DNA from: Camelus ferus | Lineage: Eukaryota | Reading direction: 5' to 3' | DNA length: 64,000 bases | Assembly (NCBI RefSeq): GCF_009834535.1 | Contig: NC_045697.1 | Span: 13,702,001-13,766,000, forward strand | Position numbers and translations under genes: made by a program | Part shown: positions 62,991 to 64,000 of the stretch, one piece after another | How the letters are laid out: the number at the start of each line of letters is the position of its first letter | Numbering within the stretch: the first letter of the stretch is position 1 | The notes under the pieces: model-generated | Databases searched by the model: none | What the model was told of the DNA's origin: nothing | Seen by the model: only the letters and a program-made list of their open reading frames with translations

Positions 62991-64000
62991 TGCACAACCA
63001 ATGTGTTATATAAGCAGAACTCATGGAGTAACATTGTAAAGCAAGTTTTGTTCCCCACCCCCATACCTTAAAATTGAGTCAAATGGGGAAAGCTCTTCCT
63101 GTTTCTGGAAGACAGTTATGGTTATCTCATGGCTTTGTGATCATTCTTAAATAATAACAGATTTACTTTACAGGGACAAATGCATTTTCTGTTCAGTAAT
63201 GTAAAACGTCCAGTTCTATATAATAACCAAGACCCATATTTGAGTTAAAGTTGCACATTCTCCCCTCCTGCAGCCAGGCCTTTCTGCAGGCTGGAAGGCA
63301 TGGACGAGGGCTGTGGTCTTCTTGAAATAGTGAGAAACCTTTGCGCTCTGTGGGCACGGCTGATGCTTAAAGCTCTCTCTCTTGTGGGAGTTTTCACTGG
63401 TAATTCATAGCTCCTCCTCCTCTCCATCAGTTGGACTCTTACCTTCAGTTCTTGAATCCTAGTAATTTACCTTCCCAGAGTTCATTATCAACTCCTGCCA
63501 TTGACGTTGGATCCAGCTGTCCCTACTCCTCTTCCTCCTGCACGCCGTTCACCCATCCAGGAAGTTCCATTGGTCAAGACCTAACATGACTCCCAGGGCC
63601 CTCTCACATGTGCTCACATCTAGCCCACAAGGAACCCTACTGCGTGCTTACCCATAACTCTGGGAGTACAAGCTGATCCCAAATCCATCACCTCCCCTGT
63701 GGCTTGCCCATCAGCAGCTCTGCAGGCTGGAGCCTTGCACAAGACCTCTGTGGCCTCACCTACAGAAATGTCTTCAGCTCGCCAAGTGCTTTCATTAGGT
63801 GTGACAGGAGGGCACAGAGGGAGGGCGACCAACAAGCCCAGTTGTCCTAGGGCTGCTCAGGTTTTAGGAACAAAGCGCCCTCGTCCTGGGAATCTCTTCA
63901 GTCCAGGCAAACCAGGAGGTTTACTCCCAGGAGAACAGGTACTTCCAACTGTCCTTGGAGGTGAGGATGAAGTCTTATAGCAGCATAGCTGTCTCCAAAG

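Noticed and set aside
1-64000. CRISPR arrays, operons, NUMTs, processed pseudogenes, snRNA or snoRNA copies
   Set aside because: None seen; the sequence is mammalian nuclear non-coding DNA

Overview
This is a 64 kb window of placental-mammal non-coding DNA, almost certainly camelid: it carries two tRNA-Ala-derived vic-1-type SINEs and cetartiodactyl-type L1 3' ends, with no Alu, Bov-A/tA, PRE-1 or CAN-SINEs seen. I cannot recognise any protein-coding gene, true RNA gene or CRISPR array. The listed ORFs are chance frames, repeat-derived or run through N gaps. The window is a mosaic of ancient repeats (L2, MIR, MaLR/MLT1, MLT2, hAT MER5A/20/33/58, a mariner MITE, old L1/HAL1) plus a few younger L1, SINE and LTR insertions. 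These are interleaved with apparently repeat-free, CpG-retaining islands that look like conserved regulatory elements, suggesting a gene desert or very large intron. The most notable items are: four back-to-back perfect palindromes at 18.2 kb; a twin-primed 5'-inverted L1 with TSD and microhomologies; a ~113 bp local duplication flanking an LTR; an orphan mini CpG island with an NRF1-type motif; and several unproven exon/microexon signals. Repeat family names come from my recall of consensus sequences, not a database search, and most boundaries are approximate. I found no evidence for a new multi-gene system.
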